Assembly (NCBI GenBank): GCA_044356455.1
Contig: JBIKWF010000050.1
Span: forward strand, 1-28,615
Length of the DNA stretch: 28,615 nucleotides
From: Bdellovibrionota bacterium
Lineage (GTDB): Bacteria > Bdellovibrionota_C > UBA2361 > JBGSMV01
Direction: 5' to 3'
In this document: positions 1 through 11,518 of the stretch, piece by piece
How the letters are laid out: every line of letters starts with the position of its first letter
Position numbering within the stretch: position 1 is the first letter of the stretch
The notes under the pieces: generated by a model
The model's database searches: none
Seen by the model: only the letters and a program-made list of their open reading frames with translations
What the model was told of the DNA's origin: nothing
Program-made: the position numbers and the translations under genes

Positions 1-25
1 CGAACAGCCGAACCCTTGGGACCTA

Positions 26-151
<126 letters not shown>

Positions 152-274
152 GCAGAACCACCGGATCACTAAGGCCGACTTTCGTCCCTGTTCGAGGTGT
201 CCCTCTCACAGTCAAGCAGGTTTATGCCTTTGCACTCGTCGCGTGGTTTCCAAGCACGCTGAACCTACCATTGC

Positions 275-324
<50 letters not shown>

Positions 325-585
325 ATGCTCTGTCTCGGAGAAGGATTACTTCTCTCGGTTAGAAACCAGTGACTATAAGGGTGGTATTTCAGTGTTGACT
401 CCACTCTGGCTAGCGCCAGAGCTTCAGTGTCTCCCACCTATGCTACACATACAGTCCCCGGGATCAAAGCAAAGGTATAGTAAAGGTGCACGGGGTCTTT
501 TCGTCTTTCCGCGGTTACTCGGCATTTTTACCGAGAATTCAATTTCACTGAGTCCGTCTTTGAGACAATGGGGAAGTCGTTACGC

Positions 586-660
<75 letters not shown>

Positions 661-1382
661 ACGGGGCTTCGGCTCGCAGCTTCGCTTGCGCTGACCGCTC
701 ACCTTAACCTTCCGTCACCGGGCACGCGTCAGACCCTATACATCCTCTTGCGAGTTTGCAGAGCCCTGTGTTTTTGATAAACAGTCGCTACCCCCTGCCA
801 TCTGCGACCTCCATAAGCTCCAGACGTACGTCCTTCACCAATAGAGGCCCACCTTATCCCGAAGTTACGGTGGCAATGTGTTAAGTTCCTTAAAGACGGT
901 TCTCTCAAGCGCCTTGGTATTCTCTACCAGTCTACCTGTGTCGGTTTGAGGTACGGACGAATAAACTGACTAGCTACGAGTATTTTCTTGGAGGCATGGA
1001 ATCTATACGTTTTGATCCGGGTCTCCCCTTCACTCACATTCACATCTCGGAATAATGTCGAAACGGATTTGCCTGTCTCGACTTCCTACGTGCTTAGACG
1101 ACTAACCACAATGTCGCAGTATATATCCTTCCCCGTCCACCCTTAGCTTACAACGTCAGCCATTGGCACGGAATATTAACCTGTTTTCCATCGACTACGC
1201 CCTTCGGCCTCGTCTTAGGATCCGGCTTACCCTGGGAGGACTGCCCTAGCCCAGGAAACCTTAGACTTTCGGCGAGAAAGATTTTCACTTTCTTTATCGT
1301 TACTTATACCAGCATACTCACTTCCCTGCGCTCCACATGTCCTTACGGTCATGCTTCGACGCACAGGGAACGCTCCTCTACC

Positions 1383-1573
1383 ACTCCCTCGCCTCCACTA
1401 ATCTCACGACTAAACCAAAGAAGTTTCCAGGCGAGGAGTCTCGGCCCCTTTAGGGGACGGACCACTTACCAGCCCGTCCCCTAAAGGGGCCGCGGCTATG
1501 GACTCATTCGCTCAAAGAGCAAACGGTCCAACAAAACTTCTATGGCACATGAAATTAACGGAGGCGAATGAGT
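1383..1573 (-). other. Intervening sequence (about 190 nt long hairpin) in 23S helix 45
   Basis: It lies between the conserved flanks GAACGCTCCTCTACC and AGCTTCGGTG..GCTTAGCCCCG. 1383-1396 pairs with 1560-1573, and there is a perfect apical 19-bp inverted repeat (1442-1460/1474-1492). Several stem mismatches become G-U pairs on the rRNA strand. Confidence 0.88.
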
Positions 1574-2315
1574 CCATAGCTTCGGTGACATGCTTAGCCC
1601 CGTTGAATCTTTGGCGCGAGCGGACTTGACTAGTGAGCTGTTACGCTTTCTTTAAAGGATGGCTGCTTCTAAGCCAACCTCCTAGCTGGCAGAGTCCACT
1701 CACTTCCTTAACCACTGAGCATGTACTTTGGGACCTTAGCTGATGGTCTGGGCTCTTTCCCTTTTGCTAACGGACCTTATCACCCGTCAACTGTTTCCCG
1801 GATTCTGACTTAAGCGGTATTCGGAGACTATCTGGGTTTGGTAGACTGGTAGGTCCCCTAGTCCAATCAGTGCTCTACCCCCGCTTAATATATTGTCCGA
1901 GACGATACCTAAATATCTTTCGAGGAGAACCAGCTATCGCCATGTTTGATTAGCCTTTCACCCCTACTCACAATTCATCCGAGAAATTTTCAACTTTCAT
2001 CAGTTCGGACCTCCACCAGGTGTTATCCTGGCTTCATCCTGATCATGAGTAGATCACAATGGCTTCGGGTCTGCCCCCTGTAACTCACGCCCTTTTAAGA
2101 CTCGCTTTCGCTACGGCTCCGCCTTTCGGCTTAACCTAACGCTACAGAGGCGCAACTCGCTGGTTCATGATGCAAAAGGTACGCCGTTGATCGATCGTCC
2201 GAAGACGAAACGGATCTTCGACTGCTTGTAAATGCACGGTTTCAGGATCTTTTCTCTACCCTTATCGGGCTTCTTTTCACCTTTCCCTCACGGTACTAGT
2301 TCGCTATCGGTCAGT

Positions 2316-2358
<43 letters not shown>

Positions 2359-2501
2359 AGGATTTCAAGTGTCCCGTAGTACTCAGGAACGTGCTCACGG
2401 CTCTCGCCAGTTTCACCTAAGGGAGTATCACCCTCTATGCTCCGGCTTTCCAGCCGAGTTCGGTTACCAACTTAAGTCCGCTTTATACACGCCCTACAAC
2501 C

Positions 2502-2578
2502 CCTGACGAGCATTCATGCTCGTCAGGATCTCGGCTCCTTTAGGAGACGGACCCCGACTTACATCAATGCTCGTCAGG
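2502..2578 (-). other. Expanded variable hairpin (about 50 nt insertion) in the 23S helix-15 region
   Basis: 13-bp outer stem 2502-2514/2566-2578; 12-bp direct repeat ATGCTCGTCAGG at 2516-2527 and 2567-2578; internal motif shared with the helix-45 insert. The helix number is inferred from the flanks CCTACAACCCC and GGTTTGGGCT. Confidence 0.75.
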
Positions 2579-3305
2579 TTTGGGCTATTCCCGTTTCGCT
2601 CGCACTACTAAGGGAATCTCATTATGATTTCTCTTCCTGCGGGTACTAAGATTTTTCAATTCTCCGCGTTCGCACTCCTTTCGGAGCAACCTTTCGGTTA
2701 GGTTTCCCCATTCGGAAATCCCCGGGTCAAAGCCTGTTTGGCGGCTAACCGAGGCTTATCGCAGCCATACAACGTCCTTCATAGCCTCTTACTGCCAAGG
2801 CATCCACCGTGCACTCTTAAAAGCTTAAAGTTTTTTCTTAAAAAACTCGAGCTTGTTTAACGCCGACCACAACTTGTCTAGAATTGCTTCACAACAAAAT
2901 TGTTGGTTAATAATAAAATGCCAATGCACTTGAGAATAATAACTCAGTGCATACGTTCTTCGAAGCTCCCCGAACAACCCTCGCCACCAACTCTTTCAAG
3001 TCAGCAGGAGCATTGCTCTTTGAACTTCTCGAACATATCGAGAACTCTTCTACTCATAACCAAATTTTTCTACGGCCTTCTCGCATCTCATGACTTTCGC
3101 CACAAAATACAATGGTGACCATCGATAGAAGCTGCTCAACTAAATCATTCAAATAGGATCTTTAAGTCTCGTTCTAAGGTAGGTGTCTTACCTAAGTCTG
3201 TGTATCTTCGAGTCGCGCTCTCGGAGCCAAAGGATCCGATAAACAACGACAAGAAATGGTCGATTATAGGCTTTCTTTCGAATGCCATCACGACAACACA
3301 TCCCT

Positions 3306-4823
<1,518 letters not shown>

Positions 4824-4960
4824 AAAAAATAAAAATCTTTGTTTTGACCAACACCCAACTCGATGCGCTTCGGCCGAAGCTTTGGCGACATCAAACGAGA
4901 GCCTGAAAATCATGCGACGCAACCCCTAAGGACTGCGTCACAACAAAGATCAGATTATAA

Positions 4961-4973
4961 ACTCAAAGATCCT
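4961..4973 (-). promoter_or_regulatory. boxA-like element / 5' arm of the 16S processing stem
   Basis: Minus strand AGGATCTTTGAGT can pair with the spacer segment at 3155-3167 (plus AGGATCTTTAAGT), with one G-U pair. Confidence 0.5.
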
Positions 4974-5276
4974 GTTAATTGACGGAAAATAGTATTTCAT
5001 AGATCGAAAACAACTCTCCGCTAAGCGACGAATCGCAAAGCTTCGAATTGCTCAATCTAAGTGAGCAGCTTCTACCCATGGCCATATCGCTAAGGCCCGA
5101 ATTGTTCAGAAAACCAAGTAAAAAATCTCGAATCGAACTCGACCCGAGCAAGCTCTTAATCGACAACGTCTAAGAACTAAAAAATCCACCCAAAACATCG
5201 AAACCTGCGCAAATTTAGACTTGCGCAAATCTCTTAGTAACCAGACCATCTAATGTCCGGCTGCTAGGGTCTCGCC

Positions 5277-5304
5277 ATAATAGAGATCCGCCGGATAAAA
5301 TCAA
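5277..5304 (-). promoter_or_regulatory. rRNA promoter P2 (sigma70-type)
   Basis: TTGATT-N16-TATTAT, followed by the GC-rich discriminator GGCGAGACCC, with an A-tract upstream. Confidence 0.65.
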
Positions 5305-5651
5305 GAAGCTGCGGCTCTTTTTTTATCTCATTTCCCAATTTCTTATTTTCTATATTCCTGAGCCAAAAGCCCAAAAAAGAAACAGAAGAAAAACGAGAAA
5401 GCCACACCCCAACCACACTCGCGCCAGCCAAACGAACCCAAGAGCCCGCAAGAACCAACAACATCGCAACCGACCAAAATCATGCCACAAGGCACAAATC
5501 CGGCCCGCCCCGACGCCCTAAAACAAACACCCCTAAGCACGAACTGACCTATTCGGCCAGCAGCCGCACCCAAAAGCGCTTGCTGAATGTAGTTTTATCC
5601 GAAAGATTTCAGCTGATTAAGCGAAATCCCTCTGTCCCGAAAGGGTCCGCG

Positions 5652-5681
5652 ATAGTAGCAATCGTTTTCGGAATAAGTCAA
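5652..5681 (-). promoter_or_regulatory. rRNA promoter P1 (sigma70-type, extended -10)
   Basis: TTGACT-N18-TACTAT with a TGn extension, discriminator CGCGGACCC, and an A-rich UP-like tract at about 5690-5710. Confidence 0.7.
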
Positions 5682-5710
5682 TGCCGTGATTTTCGATTTT
5701 TTTACATTTT

Positions 5711-6889
5711 ATGCTGAAGGTCGCATTTAGCGTTGGAGAGCCCTCCGGGGACGAGCATGCCGCCAGGGTAGCCTCAGCCTTGCTGCGAAAGAACCCCTCC
5801 CTTGAACTCAAAGGCATGGGTGGACGCGCAATGCGCGAATCTGGAGTCAAAACGCTCGTTGATTGCGAGAAACACGGCTCTTTAATGGGATTTTCCGAGG
5901 TTCTGATGGCTGCCAATGATGTATGGCAGACGTGGAGAACCATGAAAAACCTGCTTCGGGAGTGGCGCCCTCAGGTTTTGGTTCTTGTTGACTATGCAGA
6001 CTTCAACTTGCGCCTCGCGCGAGTGGCACACGAGCTTGGCATTCGGGTCCTCTACTACATTACACCGCAGCTTTGGGCCTGGCGAAGCGGCCGTGCAAAA
6101 CTCTTTGAGCGCTACGTCGATAAAGCTGCCGTGATATTCCCCTTCGAGCGCCCGCTCTTCGAGAAGCTGGGCTACACTCGCGCAGTTCACGTCGGCCATC
6201 CCTTCTCGGACTTGCTGCACCGCGAAAAGGACGCGAGCAAGGAGCTTGAGCTGAAATCAAACTTTCTCGCTACCACGAGGCTAGACGGCACAAGGAAGCT
6301 GCTTTCCGTCTTCCCCGGAAGCCGCAAGGGCGAAATCCGCCGCCTCTTGGGCACTGCACTTCAAGCAAGCAGATCCTTTCTCGCAAAGAGGCCGGAGATT
6401 CAAATAGCAATTGGCGTCGCCCCGGCAGTTGCACCACTCGTGAGGGAAATGGTTGGTAACGCAGCCCCTTCAATTCAGCTTATCGAGGGCCGCTCGCTCG
6501 ATCTCCTGCGCTTTTCTGATGCCGCCCTTCTCAAGTCGGGCACCTCAAACTTACAAGCCGCATTTTTTACGACACCCTTTAGTATGTTTTTTAAAGCCTC
6601 GCGGCTTTCCGAATTTATCGTCACCAACTTTGTTGGAATTACCCAGTACTCAATCGTTAACGTGATCCGGCAAAATACGGTGAGGGAGTTTTTGCAAGAA
6701 AGGGCCTCCCCCGAGCTCCTCGCGGCGGAAATGGAGCGCCTGCTCTTTGATGATGCATTTCGCGAGGAACTCTCAAAGGCACTCGGGGAGGTCGCTGCGT
6801 CACTCAATAGCCATGATGCACTTCCGGAATTTGAAGGCTGCCGGAGCGAAGCAGAAAGGACAGCGGCTCTCGTACTCTCCCTACTCTAA
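5711..6889 (+). CDS. lpxB: Lipid-A-disaccharide synthase
   Basis: Motifs GEPSGD, GMGGRAM, VDYADFNLRLA, YYITPQLWAWR, VGHP, PGSRKGEI and KSGT; 392 aa. Confidence 0.96.
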   Translation: MLKVAFSVGEPSGDEHAARVASALLRKNPSLELKGMGGRAMRESGVKTLVDCEKHGSLMGFSEVLMAANDVWQTWRTMKNLLREWRPQVLVLVDYADFNLRLARVAHELGIRVLYYITPQLWAWRSGRAKLFERYVDKAAVIFPFERPLFEKLGYTRAVHVGHPFSDLLHREKDASKELELKSNFLATTRLDGTRKLLSVFPGSRKGEIRRLLGTALQASRSFLAKRPEIQIAIGVAPAVAPLVREMVGNAAPSIQLIEGRSLDLLRFSDAALLKSGTSNLQAAFFTTPFSMFFKASRLSEFIVTNFVGITQYSIVNVIRQNTVREFLQERASPELLAAEMERLLFDDAFREELSKALGEVAASLNSHDALPEFEGCRSEAERTAALVLSLL

Positions 6890-6966
6890 GGGCCTCCTGC
6901 CAAAGGGTTGTCCTCTTCCCGCGAACCCTTCACTCTTAGGTTCTAACCATCAGAAGTCGGAGCTCA

Positions 6967-8265
6967 ATGCCCCCTTTTCGAACTACAAGTTTTCGCTCCT
7001 GTATTTGCGAAACCTCTCGAGAGGTCGGCGTATTCGTCTGCGACGTGCTTTCACAGCCCCATTATGGAATCCCCTGGCGCACCCCCGATCCGTCGGCGGC
7101 AACAAAGTCTTCTCGAGCCCTTCCCCTTGCTCGCGCGGAAGACATCGTCGTCTTGAGCTCCCCTCCCTCGCCTGAATATTTTGCTTGGCTAAAAAACCTT
7201 GGTCTCGGCCCACGCAATATCGTGGTGTACGAAGACCCCTCTATGGGCGTTTCCATAGCCGAAAGAATCCTATCCAATCCCGCACGCCTCAAAGACTCAC
7301 TCGCAAAAGTGGGGCGGCCGGGGGTTTATGTTCCTTTCTATGCCGGGAACAAAGAACTTGCGGCTGCACAGTCCACTGGTTTGCCTCTTCTGGGGTGCCC
7401 AGAGGACATTACGCTCCGATTCTTTAATAAAGAGGCATTTAAGGAAGAGTGCCGTGCACTTGAAATTCCAACAGTGGAAGGAGCCTCACACGACTTAGGC
7501 GGCGCGCAGTCAGAGCCGCCATCGTCACAAGATCTTGAAGCACTTGTGAGTGCTCTCCTGTCCAACCACTCTTCACTTATTGTAAGACCAACGCTTGGCG
7601 GGCTTAAGCCTCAAGTCTATCGCGCAGAAAGCCTCAACATCCAAGAAGTTCTTGCTTCTATCTCCGCCCATAAGCCCGGGCGTGTTCTTATTGAACCTCT
7701 TCTTAAAGTGATTGCCTCTCCCAACGATCAGTGGTGCATCACTCGCTCTAAGCGTGTGGAACATATTGGGATGAGCACGCAGCTATTCGATGGTCTCAGG
7801 CATACGGGGAACCTGAATGGTCAGTTTTTCTCCGAGCGCACGACCGCCACCATTCACTCTATGTCAGAGCGCATTGCACGGCGCATGAGCGAGGTTGGCT
7901 ATCGAGGAGTCCTTAGCATCGACTATATAATTTCCGAACAAGGCATCTTTCCGATTCAGAACAACGCGCGCCTCAATGGGTCCACGTTTGCATTTGGCAT
8001 TATCGAGAATCTTGGGCGGTTGATCGGACAGATCCAGTGCTGGAAGTTCCTTCGAGCGAAGGGCGAACTTGCAACCTTCGAAGACGTAAGAAAGCGCCTC
8101 TCTCCTATTCTCTTCGACGGCATTCGAAAGAATTCAGTATTTGTCTTCGACACTGATTCATTACCCACCAACGGATCCGTGGGCATACTGATCGCAGCAG
8201 AGGATATGTACCACATTGAATATTTGGAAGGCGCGCTCAGAGAGTTTGGATTGATGCCGCTGTGA
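6967..8265 (+). CDS. ATP-grasp family protein with a pre-ATP-grasp region (PGM1/peptide-ligase-like), degenerate motifs
   Basis: NKEAFKEECRALEIP, LIEP and GYRGVLSIDY..PIQNNARLNGST match the ATP-grasp layout. Confidence 0.65.
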   Translation: MPPFRTTSFRSCICETSREVGVFVCDVLSQPHYGIPWRTPDPSAATKSSRALPLARAEDIVVLSSPPSPEYFAWLKNLGLGPRNIVVYEDPSMGVSIAERILSNPARLKDSLAKVGRPGVYVPFYAGNKELAAAQSTGLPLLGCPEDITLRFFNKEAFKEECRALEIPTVEGASHDLGGAQSEPPSSQDLEALVSALLSNHSSLIVRPTLGGLKPQVYRAESLNIQEVLASISAHKPGRVLIEPLLKVIASPNDQWCITRSKRVEHIGMSTQLFDGLRHTGNLNGQFFSERTTATIHSMSERIARRMSEVGYRGVLSIDYIISEQGIFPIQNNARLNGSTFAFGIIENLGRLIGQIQCWKFLRAKGELATFEDVRKRLSPILFDGIRKNSVFVFDTDSLPTNGSVGILIAAEDMYHIEYLEGALREFGLMPL

Positions 8266-8388
8266 GTAGCGTATTCTCATGGAAGCGACTCGCCGCTCAC
8301 AGGCGCCTACTGCTAAGCCCATAGAGTCCAAGGTCGATTCTCTTCTCCCTTAATGCTCAGTCTCTCAAGAGAACCCGAACTCAATTCC

Positions 8389-9150
8389 TCACTTCGGAAT
8401 GGTATGACCAAGTTCCTCACGCTCAGCGCGCCGGACCTCTATGCCTTTTCGGATGCACTCCGTCATATCGACGAGTCCAGAGCTAAAGCCTAGGCGTTCT
8501 CTAAGTGCTTCGCAGTCAAGTCGCGCTCGGTCGTAGTGAATACTTTTGCGAAGCTCTGCTTCTTCCGCCAGAAGAGCCTGAACACTTCTTTTCCTTTGTT
8601 CCTCTGCAAGCTGCTCTTTTGTAGGGGCTTTCCCTAGCTTATTAGCAATCTTCGCAAGTGCTTTTTCACGCTTCGCGCGTTCATCTTGTACAAGTTTCAC
8701 CACGTCAATGGCGCCAAACTGGCCCGCATATTCATCAAGCGACACTACTTGCCCCTTAATAAAGCGCTTCTCATCAAGATTCACGCCTCCGGCAACGAGT
8801 CCCTTCACGACCTCTACGCAGTTGAAACGCGCCGCCGCAAACAATGCCACCGTGCGACTCTCAACATCGCTGAGCGCAGGAAGGCTTTCCTGTAAAACAC
8901 AGGAAGGCATCTCCTTCATAAGAAGCTCCCAAAGATGTTCAGTTGAGGCTCGGTTGGGAGATTCGTTCACTGCTGGCTCTGGAGGGGGACGAGAGGTTGC
9001 GGAGGATACGGCGAGACCAGCCGCAAATGCGGCGGCAAGGACAAGCACCGCAACGAGCGCGAGTACCGGGATGTTTAGCCCAGGAGACTGAGACGCCCGC
9101 TTTTTGTCCTTGGGATCAAGCTCATCGAGAATAGATTCGATCTCGCTCAT
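8389..9150 (-). CDS. Membrane-anchored protein with about two ankyrin-like repeats and a helical C-terminus
   Basis: One hydrophobic helix (about aa 27-48); ALFAAARFNCVEVVKGLVAGGVNLD and LDEYAGQFGAIDVVKLV resemble ankyrin repeats. Confidence 0.6.
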   Translation of the reverse strand: MSEIESILDELDPKDKKRASQSPGLNIPVLALVAVLVLAAAFAAGLAVSSATSRPPPEPAVNESPNRASTEHLWELLMKEMPSCVLQESLPALSDVESRTVALFAAARFNCVEVVKGLVAGGVNLDEKRFIKGQVVSLDEYAGQFGAIDVVKLVQDERAKREKALAKIANKLGKAPTKEQLAEEQRKRSVQALLAEEAELRKSIHYDRARLDCEALRERLGFSSGLVDMTECIRKGIEVRRAEREELGHTIPK

Positions 9151-9491
9151 AAATTTTCGCAGCTCGTTACCCTACGCCAAGGAGGTCGGCCTCAATCATG
9201 GGTAACTTAACGGGAAGTGTGAAAACGTCGTTCTGGTGCACACGAAGAGCATGCCGAACTACTATAAGGCTCATTTTGGGAGGAATGGCTTCTTGGGGAA
9301 GATACCCTCAGATCTTGCGAGTTAGAGCACCAGGCGCATCTCCACATGCAGCGCGGCTGCTAAGACAGCTAGGGAGCATCTGAAAAGCCTCGATATCTTA
9401 CTTTCTTTCTCTGTGTCCTCTGTGGTTTTTCAGCAATTTAATTAACCTCAGAGGGCAAAAAGTTCGCGGAGTGGACTTTTTCAGAGGCTCC

Positions 9492-11135
9492 TTAGCACTC
9501 CCCAGGGAGTTCAAATGCGTGCGCCCTCCCCGAAGCCACGAGTCTGTCAATCGTCTGCTCGGGGATAAATTGAATCGCAAGAAGATCGCGAGAGCCACTT
9601 AAAGGCAGCAAAACTCCGCGAGCCTCGGCTGGAAGTTCCGCCCTGCGCGCAAGCAGCAAACTCCAAAAAGGAGTATTGCACACAAGACTCGGAATTGCCC
9701 CCGGAGTCATTTTCCCTCTCTCCACCACCTTAGGAAACGGGATAACGAGCTGCACCCGGCGCTCCGTAAGATAATCCATCGATACAAAGCGCTGATGTCC
9801 CGGTGTACTCCCAATCACCGTCCCGTGGCGAGCAACCCAGGCATCAGTGAGTCCAAACATATCAATCGCTTCAAGACCTGAGTAATAGGGAAGGGCACCT
9901 GCTGCAGTCACTGCAATGATAGGGGAACTCTGCCCAGCGAAAAGCTGTCCAAGATCGATACCCACGCTTCGCCAACCGCTTTCTTCATCAGCCACCTGAG
10001 AGGAAAGGAGCGCAATGCTAAGCACATTCTCCGATCTCTCTCGTTCTGCAAAGGTACTCGCGTGATGGAGAGAGCCGATAGCAACTGAAAGGGTTAACGC
10101 AATTTTTAGCACCTGGGAAAAAGTAAGCCACTCGGCCACCAAGAAAAGGAGAAGCGCCATTAAGGGAATTGAAGGAACGAGAATTCGAAACTCCATGAAA
10201 TCTCCTCCCGCATATACTACGTAGCCTAGCCACAGAATCAGGGCTCCAAAGAGCATCGCTACGCTTCCCAAGAGGGAGGGAGAATGAAGATTTCGGTACC
10301 TTAATAAGCAGAAACCCAGAAGAAGAATAACTGGCAAGTAAAGGAGATAGGAGGAGAAGAATAGCCCAAGAAAGGAAATGCCCCTTACCCAAGAGGTATG
10401 CGAAGCAAGCTTTACGTAGAAGGTATTGGGAAGCCACTCTCCATACACCCAGTGCCGCCACAGGCTCCAGATAACAAGCGAAGCGATCGGCAGAATTACA
10501 AGCATTGAAATTTTTCTAAGCCAGAGAGGCCGCTGGGCTACTCGAAGAGCCACAGAACCCACCAATGGAAAAAGAAAAACTGCCGAATCCATGCGAGCAA
10601 GAAGCGCCAGAGAGGAAAAGACTCCAATAAGCAGGAGATTGCGGTCCTCTTCTTTGTCCTTTTTAGGGTTAAGGAAGCGTACACAGTGACGCGCGACACA
10701 CGTGATAAGAAATGCATGGAGAGAGGTCTCAAGTCCCCCGGTGGCGTAGGCAGCGAAAGAATAGTTCAAGCCTACTATGGCAACGACGCATAGAATCGAA
10801 ATCCGAGAAAGCGATAGCTCAAGACCGAAACGTGCAAGAACGAGCAGATGAGCGACGTAAAAGACTATCCCAAGTACTTGCGCTGCGAATTCCGGCTCCG
10901 CCCCACACCACATGACCGCAGCCAGGATAAGAGTCCAAAGAAAGTTACTGTACCCTTCGACCCATTCTCCTGGGTTAAAAACAAGACCATGCCCCCCTAC
11001 AAGATTGCTGGCGTAGCGAAATGATATAAAGGCATCGTCCTGGAGGAAACGGAGGGACCAGGCACAGACAGCACAAAGACAGATGAGAAGGAAAAAGACT
11101 ACCTTGGAATAGATTTCGGACCGGGATTTTTTCAT
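9492..11135 (-). CDS. Multi-pass membrane GT-C-fold glycosyltransferase (ArnT/AftB-like)
   Basis: DDAFISFRYASNL..GHGLVFNPGEWVEGYSNFLW, GLET, PNTFYVK and GGDFMEFR motifs. Start moved to ATG 11135, which has GGAG 7 nt upstream. Confidence 0.8.
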   Translation of the reverse strand: MKKSRSEIYSKVVFFLLICLCAVCAWSLRFLQDDAFISFRYASNLVGGHGLVFNPGEWVEGYSNFLWTLILAAVMWCGAEPEFAAQVLGIVFYVAHLLVLARFGLELSLSRISILCVVAIVGLNYSFAAYATGGLETSLHAFLITCVARHCVRFLNPKKDKEEDRNLLLIGVFSSLALLARMDSAVFLFPLVGSVALRVAQRPLWLRKISMLVILPIASLVIWSLWRHWVYGEWLPNTFYVKLASHTSWVRGISFLGLFFSSYLLYLPVILLLGFCLLRYRNLHSPSLLGSVAMLFGALILWLGYVVYAGGDFMEFRILVPSIPLMALLLFLVAEWLTFSQVLKIALTLSVAIGSLHHASTFAERERSENVLSIALLSSQVADEESGWRSVGIDLGQLFAGQSSPIIAVTAAGALPYYSGLEAIDMFGLTDAWVARHGTVIGSTPGHQRFVSMDYLTERRVQLVIPFPKVVERGKMTPGAIPSLVCNTPFWSLLLARRAELPAEARGVLLPLSGSRDLLAIQFIPEQTIDRLVASGRAHAFELPGEC

Positions 11136-11333
11136 GTAACGGCTCCGCAGAGTCGGGAAGCGCTCTGCGCTCTCATAGTACCGCTGCTTGGCCTGCAAAA
11201 ACTTCGCGGCAACAACTTCGCGGACATGTCGAAGTTCCTTAGCTCTTCTTCTCTCCCCCCAAAAAAAGTGCACATTCTTTTGTGTGAGGGCGGAGAGGTC
11301 CAACGTGCGCGAAAGATATACCGCCGAAATAGG

Positions 11334-11410
11334 TGGCGTCCCCGGCAGGATTCGAACCTGCGGCCTTCAGCTTCGGAGGCTGACGCTCTATCCAACTGAG
11401 CTACGAGGAC
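11334..11410 (-). tRNA. tRNA-Arg (CCG)
   Basis: 77-nt cloverleaf GTCCTCG..TCAGC-CTCCGAA-GCTGA..GGTTCGAATCC..CGGGGACG-CCA, with encoded CCA. Confidence 0.97.
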
Positions 11411-11428
11411 AAAACTTTTAGCCGCGCA

Positions 11429-11457
11429 AGGCTACTACTAGGCATCCCCCAGTTCAA
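11429..11457 (-). promoter_or_regulatory. Putative tRNA promoter
   Basis: TTGAAC-N17-TAGCCT followed by GC-rich TGCGCGGC, about 19 nt before the tRNA. Confidence 0.5.
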
Positions 11458-11518
11458 CCTCGCGCGGCAATACGCACATGGACGGTTAAAGAACAAAACA
11501 AACAGATTTGAAAACAAA

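Noticed and set aside
2595..2612. 23S reads AGTAGTGCGAGCGAA instead of the conserved AGTAGYGGCGAGCGAA
   Set aside because: A single missing G in a GG run is most simply a sequencing or assembly indel.
11136..11303. 56-aa N-terminal extension of the GT-C ORF from a TTG start
   Set aside because: ATG 11135 has an SD and sits just before the first TM helix.
11334..11360. tRNA 3' end as an integration site
   Set aside because: No duplicated tRNA end and no integrase were seen in the window.
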